DNA of 50,718 nucleotides, from NCBI GenBank assembly GCA_000934665.2, contig JYFJ02000730.1:62001-112718 (forward strand). Direction: 5' to 3'. The stretch comes from Catajapyx aquilonaris (Eukaryota). The notes beneath the pieces were generated by a model. That model was not told the DNA's origin. It ran no database searches and saw only the letters and a program-made list of their open reading frames with translations. Below are positions 49,855 to 50,718 of this stretch, piece after piece (positions within the stretch are counted from its first letter, which is position 1; every line of letters begins with the position of its first letter). A program made the translations under genes and the position numbers.

Positions 49855-49875
49855 CTGCTTCTTCTGTCCGGCCAT
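49855..49875 (-). CDS. RPL30: 60S ribosomal protein L30 (eL30), first coding exon (MAGQKKQ)
   Basis: AAGATGG start; 21 coding nt then donor CAG|GTAAAA. The exon begins at ~49899 after a pyrimidine tract and CAGCAG acceptor, the layout of vertebrate RPL30 exon 2. Confidence 0.88.
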
Positions 49876-50249
49876 CTTCGGATATGACTGGTCCGCAACC
49901 TGCTGAACCCAAAGGAGAGGAATGGAGAGTAAGAATGAAGCAAAACGGACGAAAAATTGAGACTTAAAAAGAAACACACTGACCAAACTCCAATCGACTT
50001 AGGATTAGTGCCCGGAATGAACACTTGTCTGCGCGGCGCTGGCTGCGCTTCCTGTCCATGCACCGGGTTTCTGCAAAAAATATTTTAAGAATTAAACTGC
50101 GGGGAATAAATTAGTACAATTTAATAAAACTCGCTATTAACATAATATTGATTTAAATAGCGGAAATATTGCAGAAAATGCTGCCAACTTCTCAGATCTG
50201 GATCAAATATGGCGACCTACAGTCATTACAGCGTATTCCTTAACCCTAC

Positions 50250-50322
50250 CTCGGCTCAACTGGCGCTTCCGAATGCGCATCACCGCTCTCCCGCCGTGAC
50301 GTCACATGCGTGACGTCACATG
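50250..50322 (-). promoter_or_regulatory. Candidate RPL30 promoter and non-coding first exon
   Basis: Donor GAG|GTAGGG at 50249; ETS-like CGGAAG, NRF1-like ATGCGCA, and a tandem CGTGACGTCACATG x2 (CRE at 50297 and 50311). No clear TCT/TOP initiator seen. Confidence 0.4.
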
Positions 50323-50718
50323 TGGGCGTTGGACGCGCTCTAGGACACGATTCAGGCAATTGTTGACAGGACGCATTGTTGAGGAGGATCCCGTTCCAGA
50401 AACCCCAGTATCTGTTACCCCAGCCATCTGTAATTGTTGAACAAGTTGAAACTGAAGCCCCGGCACAAGAGGAAGTACCTCAATCCACTCCAAATCACAA
50501 ATGAGGCAAAAAGCCATGGTATATATCAGCCGTATCAGCGTGCTGACAAATGTTGGAAACAATGGTATAGTGGACCCTGCAATTTTGGTGAGGATGATGG
50601 TGAATATTGCATAGCACCACTAGTTTGACAGAGCAATTGAGTCTATTGGTGGATACAGACCCAACACAATAACCAGGAGGGATTCAGGAGGATTTGAGAA
50701 TCAAAGTAACACAGAGAG

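Noticed and set aside
50330..50718. Coding-like sequence at the window end
   Set aside because: Frames are interrupted by stops and no domain is recognisable; possibly decayed transposon sequence.

Overview
Eukaryotic (arthropod-type, probably pancrustacean; inferred from the Hey and RBM24 protein sequences and DRE promoter elements) genomic DNA with five spliced protein-coding genes: RBM24/38-type RRM protein (first coding exon only, - strand), Hey (bHLH-Orange-YRPW, -), TMEM18 (+), tribbles pseudokinase (+) and RPL30 (-). Exon boundaries were read from GT/AG sites and frame continuity. Introns and intergenic DNA hold many MITEs, three tRNA-derived SINEs, minisatellites and microsatellites. 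The most notable unexplained signal is in the long RPL30 intron: a 46-nt frameshifting cassette exon whose 5' splice site can be sequestered at the base of a ~290-nt sense-strand structure carrying a kink-turn-like motif and H/ACA-like boxes, followed by an array of UGCAUG motifs. This is a candidate autoregulatory AS-NMD switch and/or an undescribed intronic ncRNA. Also notable: paired Su(H) sites on both sides of Hey, and a cluster of C/EBP-ATF elements at tribbles. All pairings were worked out by hand; no folding program or database search was run.
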